The translations under genes and the position numbers were made by a program. The notes under the pieces are model-generated. The model did not search any database. It saw nothing but the letters and a program-made list of their open reading frames with translations, and was not told where the DNA came from. Positions 31,875-42,240 of a DNA stretch of 64,000 nucleotides are shown here, one piece after another; the stretch's first letter is position 1; the number at the start of each line of letters is the position of its first letter. This DNA is from an uncultured delta proteobacterium (lineage in GTDB: Bacteria > Myxococcota_A > Polyangia > Polyangiales > Polyangiaceae). Location of the stretch: assembly GCA_963806225.1 (NCBI GenBank), contig CAWDXG010000001.1, forward strand, positions 1-64,000, given 5' to 3'.

Positions 31875-34532
31875 ATGCGCTGGGAGGCGAGGTTTCGCAT
31901 GAGGCTTGCTGGAACGATACAGGGCGCGGCAGTCGTGCTGGTGGTTGCGACGGGCTGCGCGGGTGACAGACCGGCTGACAAGGGCGCCGTCGCGACGCAG
32001 AGCCGGAGCCTGGTGTCTACGCCGGCGGCGCGGCGCAACATCGCGACACTGCGTGCGCGCTTCGGCATTGGCGCGTCCCTCGCGATCGGCTTCCGGTCTA
32101 GCGGCGCCGGCAGTGTGCGAACCGTGCTCCCCGCCGGTGCGAAGCGGGTCGGGTTGAAGAGCGCCAGCGTCGTGCTCCCGGCGCGTGCGAACGGCGCTGT
32201 TCGCATCCAGGACGACACCTCGCATCTGGGGGTATCGTTCGCTCTGCGCGGCGCCGGCGCTGTGCCGCTGGCCGTCGCGAACGGCATCGCGCTCTACGCG
32301 CGCGCGCTCGGCGGCGCGGACGTGCTGCAGCGACCCAGCGTGGAAGGCACGGAGGACTACGTCGCGTTCGAGCGCGCGCCGGCCGAGGAGCAGCTCGTCT
32401 ACGACGTGGACGTCTCGCGCGTAGCGGGCTTGCGCCTCGTCGCCAACACGCTCGAGTTCCTCGATGCGGACGGCGCGCCGCGGCTGCGCGTCGCGCCGCC
32501 GCTGGTCGTCGACGCGCGGGGGCGGCATCACTCCGCGAAGCTCGCGCTCGACGGCTGCGCCGCCGACACGAGCCCGCGCGCGCCCTGGGGCCGCGCCGTG
32601 ACCCCGCCGGGTTCCGCGAGCTGCCGCGTGCGGGTCACGTGGAGCGGCGTCGCGTATCCGGCGCTGGTCGATCCGTCCTGGGTCGCTACCGGCTCGATGG
32701 CGACGCCTCGGGACAGGCACAGCGCGAGCGTGCTTTCGTCGGGCAAGGTCTTGATCGCGGGTGGCGTCAAGAGCAACGGCTATCTCGCGAGCGCGGAGCT
32801 CTACGACCCGGGAACCGGAACGTTCGCTGCGACGGGTTCCATGGCGAACCAGCGCTACTCCCACACGGCGAGTGTGCTTCTGTCGGGTCAAGTGCTGGTC
32901 GCGGGTGGAGGTCCCGGGGCGAGCGGCGCCACTTCCAGCGCGGAGCTGTACGACCCTTCGACCGGGCAGTTCACGGCCACCGGCTCGATGACGGCAGCGC
33001 GCGCCGAGTACACGGCGAGCCTGCTCGCCTCGGGGAAGGTGTTGATGGCCGGCGGCGTCGACGCGGGCTACACGCCCCAGTCGAGCGCGGAGCTGTACGA
33101 CCCTTCGACCGGGCAGTTCACGGCGACGGGCTCGATGACGACGGAGCACGCCTACCACGCGGCCCCCGTGCTTGGCTCCGGCAAGGTGCTGATCGTGTCG
33201 GGGCGCGACGGCAGCAACGCCGACATCGCGGTCGACGAGCTGTACGACCCATCGACCGGGCAATTCACGGCGACGGGTTCGCTGTCGACTGCCCGCGAGG
33301 CCTTCACTGCGAGCGTGCTCGGGTCGGGCCAGGTGCTGGTTGTGGGTGGCAACAACATCAACAACGGCATCGTCTATCTGTCCAGCGCAGAGCTGTACGA
33401 CCCATCGACCGGGCAGTTCACGGCAACGGGCTCGATGGCAACCGTGCGCGGCTACCACACGGCGAGCGTGCTCGGCTCGGGCCAGGTGCTGGTCGCGGGC
33501 GGGTTCGACATCAACAACCATCTGTCGAGCGCCGAGCTCTACAATCCGTCGAGCGGGACATTCACGGCAACGGGCTCGATGACGTCAGCGCGCTCCGGCC
33601 ACACGGCGAGCGTGCTCGGTTCGGGCCAGGTACTGGTCGCGGGCGGATCCGACGGAAGCGTGCTGCCGAGCGCCGAGCTGTTCGTGCCGGGGACCCTGGG
33701 AACGGGTTGCAGCGGCGACAGCGACTGCACGAGCGGCTACTGCGTAGACGCAGTCTGCTGCAACACCGCGTGCGGCGGGAAATGCGAAGCGTGCACCGCA
33801 GCCAAGACGGGCGGCAGCGACGGCACATGCGCCCCCATCAAGGCCGGCACCGATCCGGACGGGGAGTGTCCCAGCGCGCAGTGCGCCAACGGTGTCGAGA
33901 CTGCAGCGGCCACGTGCGACGGCGCCGGCGCGTGCTCGACGGGCACGTCCACGTCCTGCCAGACGGGCTACGCCTGCGACGGCACAACGTGTGCGACGAG
34001 CTGCAGCGATAGCAGCGTCTGCGCCGCCGGATACACCTGCAACACGTCGAGCTCCAGTTGCGTCCCAGCTACGGACGCGGGAGCGGGCGGCAGCGCGGGC
34101 GCGGGCGGCAATACGGGCGCGGGTGGCAGCGCGGGCGCGGGCGGCAGCGCGGGCGCGGGCGGCAGCGCAGGAGCAGGCGGCAGCGCAGGAGCAGGCGGCA
34201 GCGCAGGAGCAGGCGGCAGCGCGGCTGCGGGCGGTGGTGGCGGCACCGACGGCGGTGCCGGAGCGAGTGGCGGCGGCGCAGCGGGCAGTGGCGCGACCGG
34301 CGGCGCAGCGGGCAGTGGCGCGACCGGCGGCACATCGGGCAGTGGCGCGACCGGCGGCGCAGCGGGCAGTGGCGCGACCGGCGGAGCCGATGCCGGTCGA
34401 CCTTCGGCCGGCTCGAACGACAAGGGCGGCTGCGGCTGCCACACCGCCCCGCACGACCCCGGATCTCCCTGGACGCCGGCCACCGCGCTGCTCGTCGCGG
34501 GGCTCTGCGTCGTGCGGCGAAAGCGACGCTAG
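31875..34532 (+). CDS. Kelch-repeat surface protein with Cys-rich region and MYXO-CTERM-type tail
   Basis: Six TGSM..HTASVL.SG.VLVAGG..SAELYDP repeats, CVDAVCCNTACGG, Gly linker, GGCGC..hydrophobic..RRKRR. Confidence 0.93.
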   Translation: MRWEARFRMRLAGTIQGAAVVLVVATGCAGDRPADKGAVATQSRSLVSTPAARRNIATLRARFGIGASLAIGFRSSGAGSVRTVLPAGAKRVGLKSASVVLPARANGAVRIQDDTSHLGVSFALRGAGAVPLAVANGIALYARALGGADVLQRPSVEGTEDYVAFERAPAEEQLVYDVDVSRVAGLRLVANTLEFLDADGAPRLRVAPPLVVDARGRHHSAKLALDGCAADTSPRAPWGRAVTPPGSASCRVRVTWSGVAYPALVDPSWVATGSMATPRDRHSASVLSSGKVLIAGGVKSNGYLASAELYDPGTGTFAATGSMANQRYSHTASVLLSGQVLVAGGGPGASGATSSAELYDPSTGQFTATGSMTAARAEYTASLLASGKVLMAGGVDAGYTPQSSAELYDPSTGQFTATGSMTTEHAYHAAPVLGSGKVLIVSGRDGSNADIAVDELYDPSTGQFTATGSLSTAREAFTASVLGSGQVLVVGGNNINNGIVYLSSAELYDPSTGQFTATGSMATVRGYHTASVLGSGQVLVAGGFDINNHLSSAELYNPSSGTFTATGSMTSARSGHTASVLGSGQVLVAGGSDGSVLPSAELFVPGTLGTGCSGDSDCTSGYCVDAVCCNTACGGKCEACTAAKTGGSDGTCAPIKAGTDPDGECPSAQCANGVETAAATCDGAGACSTGTSTSCQTGYACDGTTCATSCSDSSVCAAGYTCNTSSSSCVPATDAGAGGSAGAGGNTGAGGSAGAGGSAGAGGSAGAGGSAGAGGSAGAGGSAAAGGGGGTDGGAGASGGGAAGSGATGGAAGSGATGGTSGSGATGGAAGSGATGGADAGRPSAGSNDKGGCGCHTAPHDPGSPWTPATALLVAGLCVVRRKRR

Positions 34533-35003
34533 CGCTGGGCCCGAGATCACGGCGACCCCCGCGCGGTCCTCGTGCGACACGACGAGTTCACTCCACCCCG
34601 CGCGACAGTTCCCGACGCACCCGCGCCAGGGGCTCCCCCGCGACGGCACTCACGAGCAGCCGTATCCGCCGCGTGCCGTTGTTCCCTGCGCTGCCTGGAT
34701 GTCGCGACTCGGTTGGTCGATGTCGTCGACGCCCGGTAGCTCGATGGGATAGTGCCGCGCGCGCAACTCGAGTCGCTCGGCAGGCTCGGAAAGAGGCGTC
34801 GCACGTTCACTTCGCGCTTGACAGGTTTTCCGGGACAGCGCGTTTCGATTCCGCCGCTTTGTGTTCAAAACGCAATTGCGACGACGAGGCGACGCGCTGG
34901 CGGCTTTTCGATGTTGTGGGGGTTCATCGAGTCGGCTCGCCACGTGAAAGCGCGCCCACGTCGCAGCGGCGAGGCCTCCAGAACAGGGTGCAGGTTGCTT
35001 GGC

Positions 35004-35510
35004 ATGAACGCGCTCATCACCGCTTCCACCACGAACCGCTACGATCTCGCCGGGCTCTCCGACGACGCGCTGCTCGCCGGCACGCGCCGCCTCGTCGCGG
35101 GCGCCAACCACGCGCTCGCCGCCCTGCTCGCGCACCTTGCCGAGGTCGAAACGCGCGGCATCCACAGCGCGCGAGCCTGCGCGAGCCTGTACGCCTACTG
35201 CATCTACGAGCTTCGAATGTCCGAGGACGCCGCCTTCCGCCGCGCCAAGGCCGCGCGTCTGTGCCGGAAATTTCCCACGCTGTTCGACGCGGTCGCGGGC
35301 GGCGAGTTGCACCTCACGGGCCTGCTCATGCTCGGTCCGCATCTGACCGACGAGAACCTCGCCGACACGCTCGCCCGCGCGAAGCACCGCACCAAGCGCG
35401 AGATCCAGAAGCTCGTGCGGGAGCTCGATCCACTGCCCGATGTACCGCCGCGCATCGAGCCGCTCGGTCCCGAGCTCACGTCGCCGCGCAACCCGACCTG
35501 GAGCGAATTC
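35004..35510 (+). pseudogene. N-terminal fragment of a myxobacterial DUF222/HNH-type protein
   Basis: LSDDALLA..LLAHLAEVETRG..SLYAYC..LRMSEDAAFRR..GELHLTGL. Confidence 0.75.
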
Positions 35511-35626
35511 GCATCCGCTCTCGCTGCTCGTGCGGCTCGCGACCGCCGTGCCGCCCCCACGTTTCAACAGCGTGCGCTACGCCGGAGTGTCGCGGCAAAT
35601 AGCAAATGGAGAGCACGCGTCGTTCC
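35511..35626 (+). pseudogene. Internal fragment of a diverged B-type transposase
   Basis: HPLSLLVRLATAVPPPRFNSVRYAGV / ANSKWRARVVP. Confidence 0.8.
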
Positions 35627-36722
35627 GCGCGTAGGTAACATGAGCGTCCTGCCCGCGACGCCAGGGCGCGCAGGCTCCGGGCGGCAAGGGAGCAGGTGCG
35701 GTTGCCAGGGCGGATAGGAAGGCTGCGGCGTGGCCATTCGGCGCTCGGTCGGGCCTGCGTCGCGGCGGGTAGCGCGCTCGAGGCGCACCGGTGCGCCGGC
35801 GACGGCGCGTTCAGTGCGCGTCGAACAGCTCCGCCTGCACGGGCTCACCGAGCTTGCGACGGAGGGCAACGCTCTGGAAGAACGGCGGCCCCCGCGCGGG
35901 CGCGAGCGCGGGCGGCTCGCTGGCCTCGCCGAGCCAGCGGAGGTAGCGGCGGATGCCGGCGGCGGTGATGACCAGAGCGCGCAATTTCATGCGTCCGCCG
36001 CACTTGTTGCAGCGCTCGACCTCGATGCGGAAGGAGCGCTTCAAGAGCTCCGCCCACGGGCGATAACCCGAGCGGTGGGTGGCCGGCTTGGCCTTCCTGG
36101 CGGTGCACCTCGCGCACTCGTCGTCGCTGCCTGTTTCCGGTGGCAGCGGCGGCACGATGCGCGCGCGCCACTTGCTCGCCGCCGCGAGCACGCCGGCGTA
36201 TCTCACCGTGTTGAAGCGCGGGGGCGGCACCGCCGTCGCGAGCCGGCAGAGGAGCGAGAGCGGATCCAGATCGATGGCGAATGTCCCGTCGCTGAACGGC
36301 CGCTTCAGCACCAGGCGGACGAGGTCGCCCTCGACGAGCTGCACGCGCTCGGCGGCGATCGGCGGGCGGAGGATGTAGCGGCAGAGGGCTTCCTTTCCCG
36401 CGACGTCGCTGGCGCTCGCGGTAGTGGCGGCATGGAGCGAGAAGCCGCCCTCCACGGCGCACAGACCCTTGGTGACTTCCAGGCCGCGGTCGTCGCGCAG
36501 CCGGACGGGCTCGCGGCGGCGCAGCGCGGGTCCTGCCGGCACGCTGCCGAGCGTCGAGGCGACGGCGAGCTCTGCCAGCGCGGGCTCGCTCTCGCCGAGC
36601 GCGGCGTCGGCCGTGACGCGTCGTCGGTGATCACGCGCTTGCGACGGAGGAGCGCGAGGATGCGCGTGCGCGCGATCTGCAAGAGGTCGGCGACGTCGTC
36701 GTTGGTGAGACACGGCAGCGCG
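35627..36722 (-). mobile_element. Family-B copy, 5'-truncated (1096 bp)
   Basis: Near-identical to about 10030-11126. Confidence 0.93.
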
Positions 36723-36991
36723 GTCCCAGCGCAACATGGGTCGCCCAGCAGCTCATCGTGCTCGGCGAAGGGCACGTGCATCGTGTGCTGGGTGAGTACT
36801 GCTTTGCGTACTTCAATCGGGCGCGGCCTCATCAGGGCATCGGACAGCTCATCCCGATCGGTTCGTCCTCTGCTGGCGCAGGAAGCGGAGCGGTCACCCG
36901 GCGGTCCATACTGAACGGGCTTCATCACGACTACCGGCGAGCCGCGTGACGGGGGCTTTCATGCCTGCGGATGATTCAGGTAGCCAGCACA
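36723..36991 (+). mobile_element. Right-end fragment of rve IS (family C) with internal deletion
   Basis: Matches about 15847-15878, jumps to about 16074-16310, ends GTAGCCAGCACA. Confidence 0.85.
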
Positions 36992-37514
36992 ACGGCAGGA
37001 CGCCGCCGTCGGAGCAGTGCTCGGGCAGGACGCATTGGCGCGCGAAAGCTCCCCGTCCCCACCAGGCAGCGCGAAGCCAAAAGCAGGCCGAGTAGCTGAG
37101 CGCTACGGGGGCGTCTTGCAGGCGTAGCTGTAGCACTGACACGATTCGGAGAAACCCTCCCCCGAACAATCCGGATCGGCGATTTCGTTTGGGCACTCGT
37201 ACACGTACGGGTACTCCGGTGGATGTCCGTCGGGAGCGTCGGCCATGATTCCGACATACTTGCACACATCATGAATGCGCTGACCGGCATCGCCCGCATC
37301 GAACGCTCCGTCATGGTTCCCGGAATCGCGATGTCCGGCGTCTTCGCGGCCAGCATCGTGCGGCCCAGCATCCTTGTGCGAGGCATCGTGATGCGCCTGG
37401 CCTGCATCGGGCGGGCTCGTACTTCACGTCGAGCTCAATCTAGCCGAACCCGGGCCCGGGGGAATAGCCGCGCGACGCGTCTGTAGCACGCCCGTGCGCG
37501 GCGGCGGTCTGCGA

Positions 37515-38669
37515 TCAGCGCGTCCAGCGCAGCAGCGCTCCGTCGGACCTGAAAATGTAGACGAAACCGTCGGCGGCGGCCAGCTTGTCGATCTGGATGT
37601 CAGGAAGCAGGACCTGGTCGGCAAGGTCCGGCAAGCTGACACCCTCGAGACCGTTGTCGGTGGCGACCAGAACCTCGTTGCCCATGATGGCGACGGCCCC
37701 GGCTCGGATGCTGGCAGTTTGCGTCTTCTTCGTTGAAAACGAGTAGACGCCTAGGTTCTGGCCGTCTCCCCATGCTGCATACGAGTCGCTCGCGTCGAGG
37801 TCCCGTATCAGGTTCATGGAGGTGGGCAGGTTCGTCACCTGGCCGGAGCTGGACACCAGGAAAGGAGTCTCGTTCGTCCCGCCCTGGCGCTCTGCATCGA
37901 CCACCAGCCCTCCATCCGGCGCCGGGGCCATGCGCATGACGTTGACATTGTTCATCACCGCTCCGGCAGTCCCACCCGTCTTGGGTGTCGACCAGATGGT
38001 TCCGGGGTTGAAGCCGCTCGAGAAGTAGTCCGCCCAGAACAGCGTGGTGCCCTGCAGCACGATCGCCGAAGGAGAGTACTGGTTCCCCGCGAGAAGCGTT
38101 GCCTGCCCGCCTTCTGGAGTGAAATAGACCGCGCTGCCGGGCGACCCGTCGTTGATCGACTCGGCCCAGTACACGCCGCCATCCGCGACAAAGAATGCGC
38201 CGACGAAGCCTCCACCAATGACGACCTTGTGGCCGCTACCATCGGTCGCTGCGCGCTCGAGGTCTTCGTCGCCGTTTATCCAGTAGACGAAATTGCCGGC
38301 GACGGCGGGCCTCGTGTTCGACTTGTCCGCCATGTTCTGGCCCAGCAAGACCGGTTTGCAGGCCCCCGCACTGCAGTCCGAGCCGCGGCAATCGTGCCCG
38401 CACGCGCCACAATTCGCAGGGTCCACCTGGGTGTCGACCGGGCCACCGGGGCAGTCGGTCAGCGCGGGGCCATCGCTGCCCGCATCGGATGTCGAGTTCG
38501 ACGGAGCGGGACTCGAGTTCGAGCTCGACGAGCAGCCGGAAACGACGGCGGCGGTCGCAAGCGACGCGCAGACAAGCGCCCACCATGGAGCCCTGTCGAG
38601 TCCAGCGCTTCTGCGCAGAAAAACACTCTTGCCAGACGCAATAGTCGTAATAGCCATTTGAAACTCCAT
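37515..38669 (-). CDS. Lipoprotein, Cys-rich motif plus predicted beta-propeller
   Basis: VVSGC, DPANCGACGHDC, repeated VYW/LFW blades; start uncertain. Confidence 0.85.
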   Translation of the reverse strand: MEFQMAITTIASGKSVFLRRSAGLDRAPWWALVCASLATAAVVSGCSSSSNSSPAPSNSTSDAGSDGPALTDCPGGPVDTQVDPANCGACGHDCRGSDCSAGACKPVLLGQNMADKSNTRPAVAGNFVYWINGDEDLERAATDGSGHKVVIGGGFVGAFFVADGGVYWAESINDGSPGSAVYFTPEGGQATLLAGNQYSPSAIVLQGTTLFWADYFSSGFNPGTIWSTPKTGGTAGAVMNNVNVMRMAPAPDGGLVVDAERQGGTNETPFLVSSSGQVTNLPTSMNLIRDLDASDSYAAWGDGQNLGVYSFSTKKTQTASIRAGAVAIMGNEVLVATDNGLEGVSLPDLADQVLLPDIQIDKLAAADGFVYIFRSDGALLRWTR

Positions 38670-38740
38670 GCGGGTGGTGCCCGTTCGACGATCAACCAGC
38701 CGTCTTCCTCGAAGTTGCCGGCGGGCGTTGGCACGAGGAC

Positions 38741-39973
38741 TCAGCGCTTGGCGGCTCGCGACACAGAAGCCGCGCCGCCGTCGAAGCTCGACCAGTAGAC
38801 GCCGGAATCATCCACGGCAAGCGACGTGGGACATGCCGGAGAGTTGTGACTGATGCTGACGGGGGACTTCGACAGATCGAGAGGGCGGTACCACACGTCG
38901 TTGTCGGGGCTGCTGTTGCACTGAGAGGTGATGCTCGTCCAGTAGACGTTGTCCTTGTCCAAGGCGACCGTGTACGGACCCGTGTCCTTGTTCGCTGCTT
39001 CGTCCGAGTACACGGTTTCCCAGGTTCCACCGGCACGGGGCGCGCGTCCGACGACCCCCGAGCCGTTGCCGGTAGTCGCGAAGTAGATGTGGGTGTCGTT
39101 GATGGCGATCCCGTAGGGCCCACCGGGAATGTCCGTGACCCAGCTCCCATACATGCCCTGGTCCGCGAACGACCAGAAGCTCACCTCTCCGGTGTATGCA
39201 CTGTCGGGATACTCGGTGTCCGTTACGTAGATACCGCTCGAATCCACCGCGAGGAAGGAGTAGCTCACGCTGCTGAACAGCTCGGTACGAGCGCCACCCG
39301 CGAGGGGCGCCGAGTAGAGCGTTCCATCCAGAACGTTCACGCCGCCACAGTTGACGGTGGGGAGCACCGTACAATTGCGGTCCGTGAAGTACAGAGTATC
39401 CTGGAACGCCTTCAAGTCCACCACGACTCCGGCGTCCGGCACGGCTTCCGTCACGTTGCTTCCATCCAGGTCCGCGCGGAAGATCTTCTGTTGCGTCGCA
39501 TTCGCGAAATAGACCGCGGTCGCGGTCGCCGTGACGGCCGTGATGCTGTCGCCCTTCGCCACCCACGTCGTCGCGCCGCCCGCCTTGGGCACGATGGCGA
39601 GCCCTCCGCCCGTCTTGGGTTGGTTGTAGTTAGGAAATTCGCCGAATTGGCCCGCGTCCGACACGTAGAGATTGGTGTCCCCGAGCGCCACCTGCGTGGG
39701 GTGGAACATGCCACCGGCGAGGACCTCCGCGGGCGCGAAGCCACCGACGTTGCCGCTGCCCCCCGAGCCCGCAGCTCCGGCCGCCCCGCCTGCACCGCTC
39801 CCCGCGGTTCCCCCCGCACCAGTTCCCCCCGCACCAGTTCCCCCCGCACCAGTTCCCCCCGCACCCGCTCCCGCGGCGCCGCCCGTTCCAGGGCTCACGC
39901 CGCCGGAATTGCTGCTCTCCCCACAGCCTGCGAGCAGAAGCATGCCGAGGCCGACCACGATCAGGCGATTCAT
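38741..39973 (-). CDS. Lipoprotein, Gly linker plus predicted beta-propeller
   Basis: LLLAGC, (GAGGT)n, repeated LAVD..VYW blades. Confidence 0.88.
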   Translation of the reverse strand: MNRLIVVGLGMLLLAGCGESSNSGGVSPGTGGAAGAGAGGTGAGGTGAGGTGAGGTAGSGAGGAAGAAGSGGSGNVGGFAPAEVLAGGMFHPTQVALGDTNLYVSDAGQFGEFPNYNQPKTGGGLAIVPKAGGATTWVAKGDSITAVTATATAVYFANATQQKIFRADLDGSNVTEAVPDAGVVVDLKAFQDTLYFTDRNCTVLPTVNCGGVNVLDGTLYSAPLAGGARTELFSSVSYSFLAVDSSGIYVTDTEYPDSAYTGEVSFWSFADQGMYGSWVTDIPGGPYGIAINDTHIYFATTGNGSGVVGRAPRAGGTWETVYSDEAANKDTGPYTVALDKDNVYWTSITSQCNSSPDNDVWYRPLDLSKSPVSISHNSPACPTSLAVDDSGVYWSSFDGGAASVSRAAKR

Positions 39974-40048
39974 GTCTCGTAATACGTCTCGTCGCGCTTG
40001 CAGCTTCCTCCAGCACGCCGAAGGCTGATCCGTGAAGAGCTGGCCGAG

Positions 40049-40879
40049 TCAGAGGATCTGCACATCGCAGATCTTATGTGCGGGATTCAAGTCGAGGTGC
40101 AGATGACCGCCCTCGAGATAGATGAAGTGGAATTGCGCCGCGCAAGCCGCGTTCGCCATGGTCTGTGTCGGAGTAAGCGGGATGTCCGCAGCGTCGCCCC
40201 AGCTGTGACGCGAACGCGCGGCGCAGATGCCCGGACACGACGGCTGCCCACACTTCTGCATGCACACGTCGCGTTGGTGCTGCGGCGAGCGGTAACCGCT
40301 CGAGAGAATCACGGCCTTGCCGATGTTCTTCCGGTACGCGTCTAGCTTCGCGATCAGATCCGGCGACACCAGCACCTTGTGCGAGTACGGCAGCTCGGTC
40401 GAGACCAGCTCCGAGAGCTTGAAGTACGTGCCCACCTGCACGGTGACCGGATAGGTCACGCCCGCTGTCGGGTCGTCGAGCTTGTCGACGTCGAGGAAAC
40501 ACGTCGGCAGTGGGTAGTTACCGGTGTCGGCGATGGGCGTGTACGCGTCCGTCATCGCCTGGTCGGGATAAGTCTGGATGTGGACGCCGGTCGGAAACGC
40601 GAGCACCGGGCAGCCACCCGTGTCGTCGGGGATCCCTGAACCGTCCGCAGCCGCATCCGTCGCGTCGCTCGCGTCGAGGTCCGCGCCCGCGTCGCTCGCG
40701 TCGAGGTCCGCGCCCGCGTCGCTCGAGGACCAGCCGCCAGCTTCGTCCGACCAGCTGCCCGCGTCGGAGCCACTTGCGTCTCGGCCGTTGCTTGCAACGC
40801 CGTCCGCGCGGCCTGCGCAAGCCGTCAAGCCCAGCACGCAGAGAGAAGCGAACAGCGATGCGTAGATCCCCCGTGACAT
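40049..40879 (-). CDS. Peptidase M15A (D-Ala-D-Ala metallopeptidase) lipoprotein
   Basis: LTAC lipobox; SGYRS, SRHSWGDAADI, HLHLD. Confidence 0.9.
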   Translation of the reverse strand: MSRGIYASLFASLCVLGLTACAGRADGVASNGRDASGSDAGSWSDEAGGWSSSDAGADLDASDAGADLDASDATDAAADGSGIPDDTGGCPVLAFPTGVHIQTYPDQAMTDAYTPIADTGNYPLPTCFLDVDKLDDPTAGVTYPVTVQVGTYFKLSELVSTELPYSHKVLVSPDLIAKLDAYRKNIGKAVILSSGYRSPQHQRDVCMQKCGQPSCPGICAARSRHSWGDAADIPLTPTQTMANAACAAQFHFIYLEGGHLHLDLNPAHKICDVQIL

Positions 40880-41039
40880 TGTCCTGCAATATCACGACCG
40901 GCCAGCGCCCCAGGAGACAGGGCGCGCCATACAACGGGACACTCCGCGCCACACTCGGTATCCGGCGGACTTCCACGCGGGTCTGCGGCGTATCCGGGAG
41001 CGCTGCCCACTCTGGGCGCTCCGCGGTAGACTGCAGCGC

Positions 41040-42071
41040 GTGACGGTAGTCATGCGGTCCAAGCTCGTGCCCCTGCTTCTGGGTCACGCGCGCAGCCGGG
41101 GCCGCGACGACGCGCGGCTCGCCGACCGGTTCGGCATTCCTCCTGCGTGCCGCGACGCAACGACCTGGAACCTCGACGCCCCTCCGCTGCCCATGCCGGT
41201 TGTGATCGAGCTCGGCAACGCTGTCGCAGTCGAGCTCGCGGACGACTGGCTCGGCGTCAGCCTGGCGAGGGATTTGCCGCGCGGCGCGTTCGGGGCGCAG
41301 GAGTTCGCGGTCCGGAATGCGCCGACTATCGGAGAGGCCGCCTTGAGGCTGGTGCGCTACCAGCGCCTGACGAACGACGCGATTGTCTGGCACGCCGAGC
41401 GCACGGCCGACTGCTCGATGTTGGGCTTGTCCGTACCCGGCGCTCCAGGCGGGCTCGGCCGGCATCTCGACGAGTTCCTGGTCGCGGTCGCCCTGCGCTA
41501 CATACGCGAGCTTGCAGGCGAGCAGCTCGTCCCTGAACGCGTGGAGTTCGCGCACGCCGAACGTCCTCCCGACGTTCGCACGCTCTCGGGGCTGCTTGCC
41601 ATTCCAGAGCCGGGGTTTGGTACGGGGACGAACATCATGGTGTTCAAGGCGGAAGTGTGGGACCGGGCGGTCCCCACGGCCGACTCCGCACTGCTGCCGA
41701 TCATCGAGCAGTACGCCCAGCAGCTGATGCCGATCGAAGACCCGTCGCGCAGCTGGCGGGCCCGGGTCCGCGACTATCTCCGCCGGCAACTGTCGGGCGG
41801 CGCTCCGACCCTGGAGGTGACCGCCGAGGCTGTCGGCATGACCACGCGCTCGCTCCAGCGTCGGCTGCAGGAGGCGCAGACGACGTACCGCGAGCTACTC
41901 GACGGGCTGCGCGAGTCGGAAGCACGCCGGCTTCTCGGAGCGACGAATCTATCGGTCGACGAGATCTCGTTTCTCCTTGGGTATTCCGAACGACGCGCGT
42001 TCATCCGCGCGTTCACCCGTTGGACCGGCACGACGCCAGGAGCGTACCGCGACGGACTCCCGACTCAGTGA
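41040..42071 (+). CDS. AraC-family transcriptional regulator
   Basis: VGMTTRSLQRRL..ISFLLGYSERRAFIRAFTRWTGTTP. Confidence 0.93.
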   Translation: MTVVMRSKLVPLLLGHARSRGRDDARLADRFGIPPACRDATTWNLDAPPLPMPVVIELGNAVAVELADDWLGVSLARDLPRGAFGAQEFAVRNAPTIGEAALRLVRYQRLTNDAIVWHAERTADCSMLGLSVPGAPGGLGRHLDEFLVAVALRYIRELAGEQLVPERVEFAHAERPPDVRTLSGLLAIPEPGFGTGTNIMVFKAEVWDRAVPTADSALLPIIEQYAQQLMPIEDPSRSWRARVRDYLRRQLSGGAPTLEVTAEAVGMTTRSLQRRLQEAQTTYRELLDGLRESEARRLLGATNLSVDEISFLLGYSERRAFIRAFTRWTGTTPGAYRDGLPTQ

Positions 42072-42240
42072 CCAGTGACCGCCGCCTGGATCGCCTCGAT
42101 CGCCACGCGCTATGGCCCCGCGTCGTGCGCGGCGAGCCGATCCGTCCAGCTCGGCTTCGCCCACCATGTCACCGAGCCACGTGGAGTAGGTCGAGCCGTC
42201 CACCTCCGCGTTGTAGTAGCCGGCCAGCACGACGGTCAGG

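Noticed and set aside
34075..34390. 18-bp and 27-bp tandem repeats
   Set aside because: They encode Gly/Ser/Ala linkers typical of these surface proteins; similar tracts occur at 39.8, 43.0 and 52.5 kb.
37100..37425. DAG-rich minus-strand frame
   Set aside because: Looks like a lipoprotein C-terminal scrap with an upstream in-frame stop; too weak to annotate.
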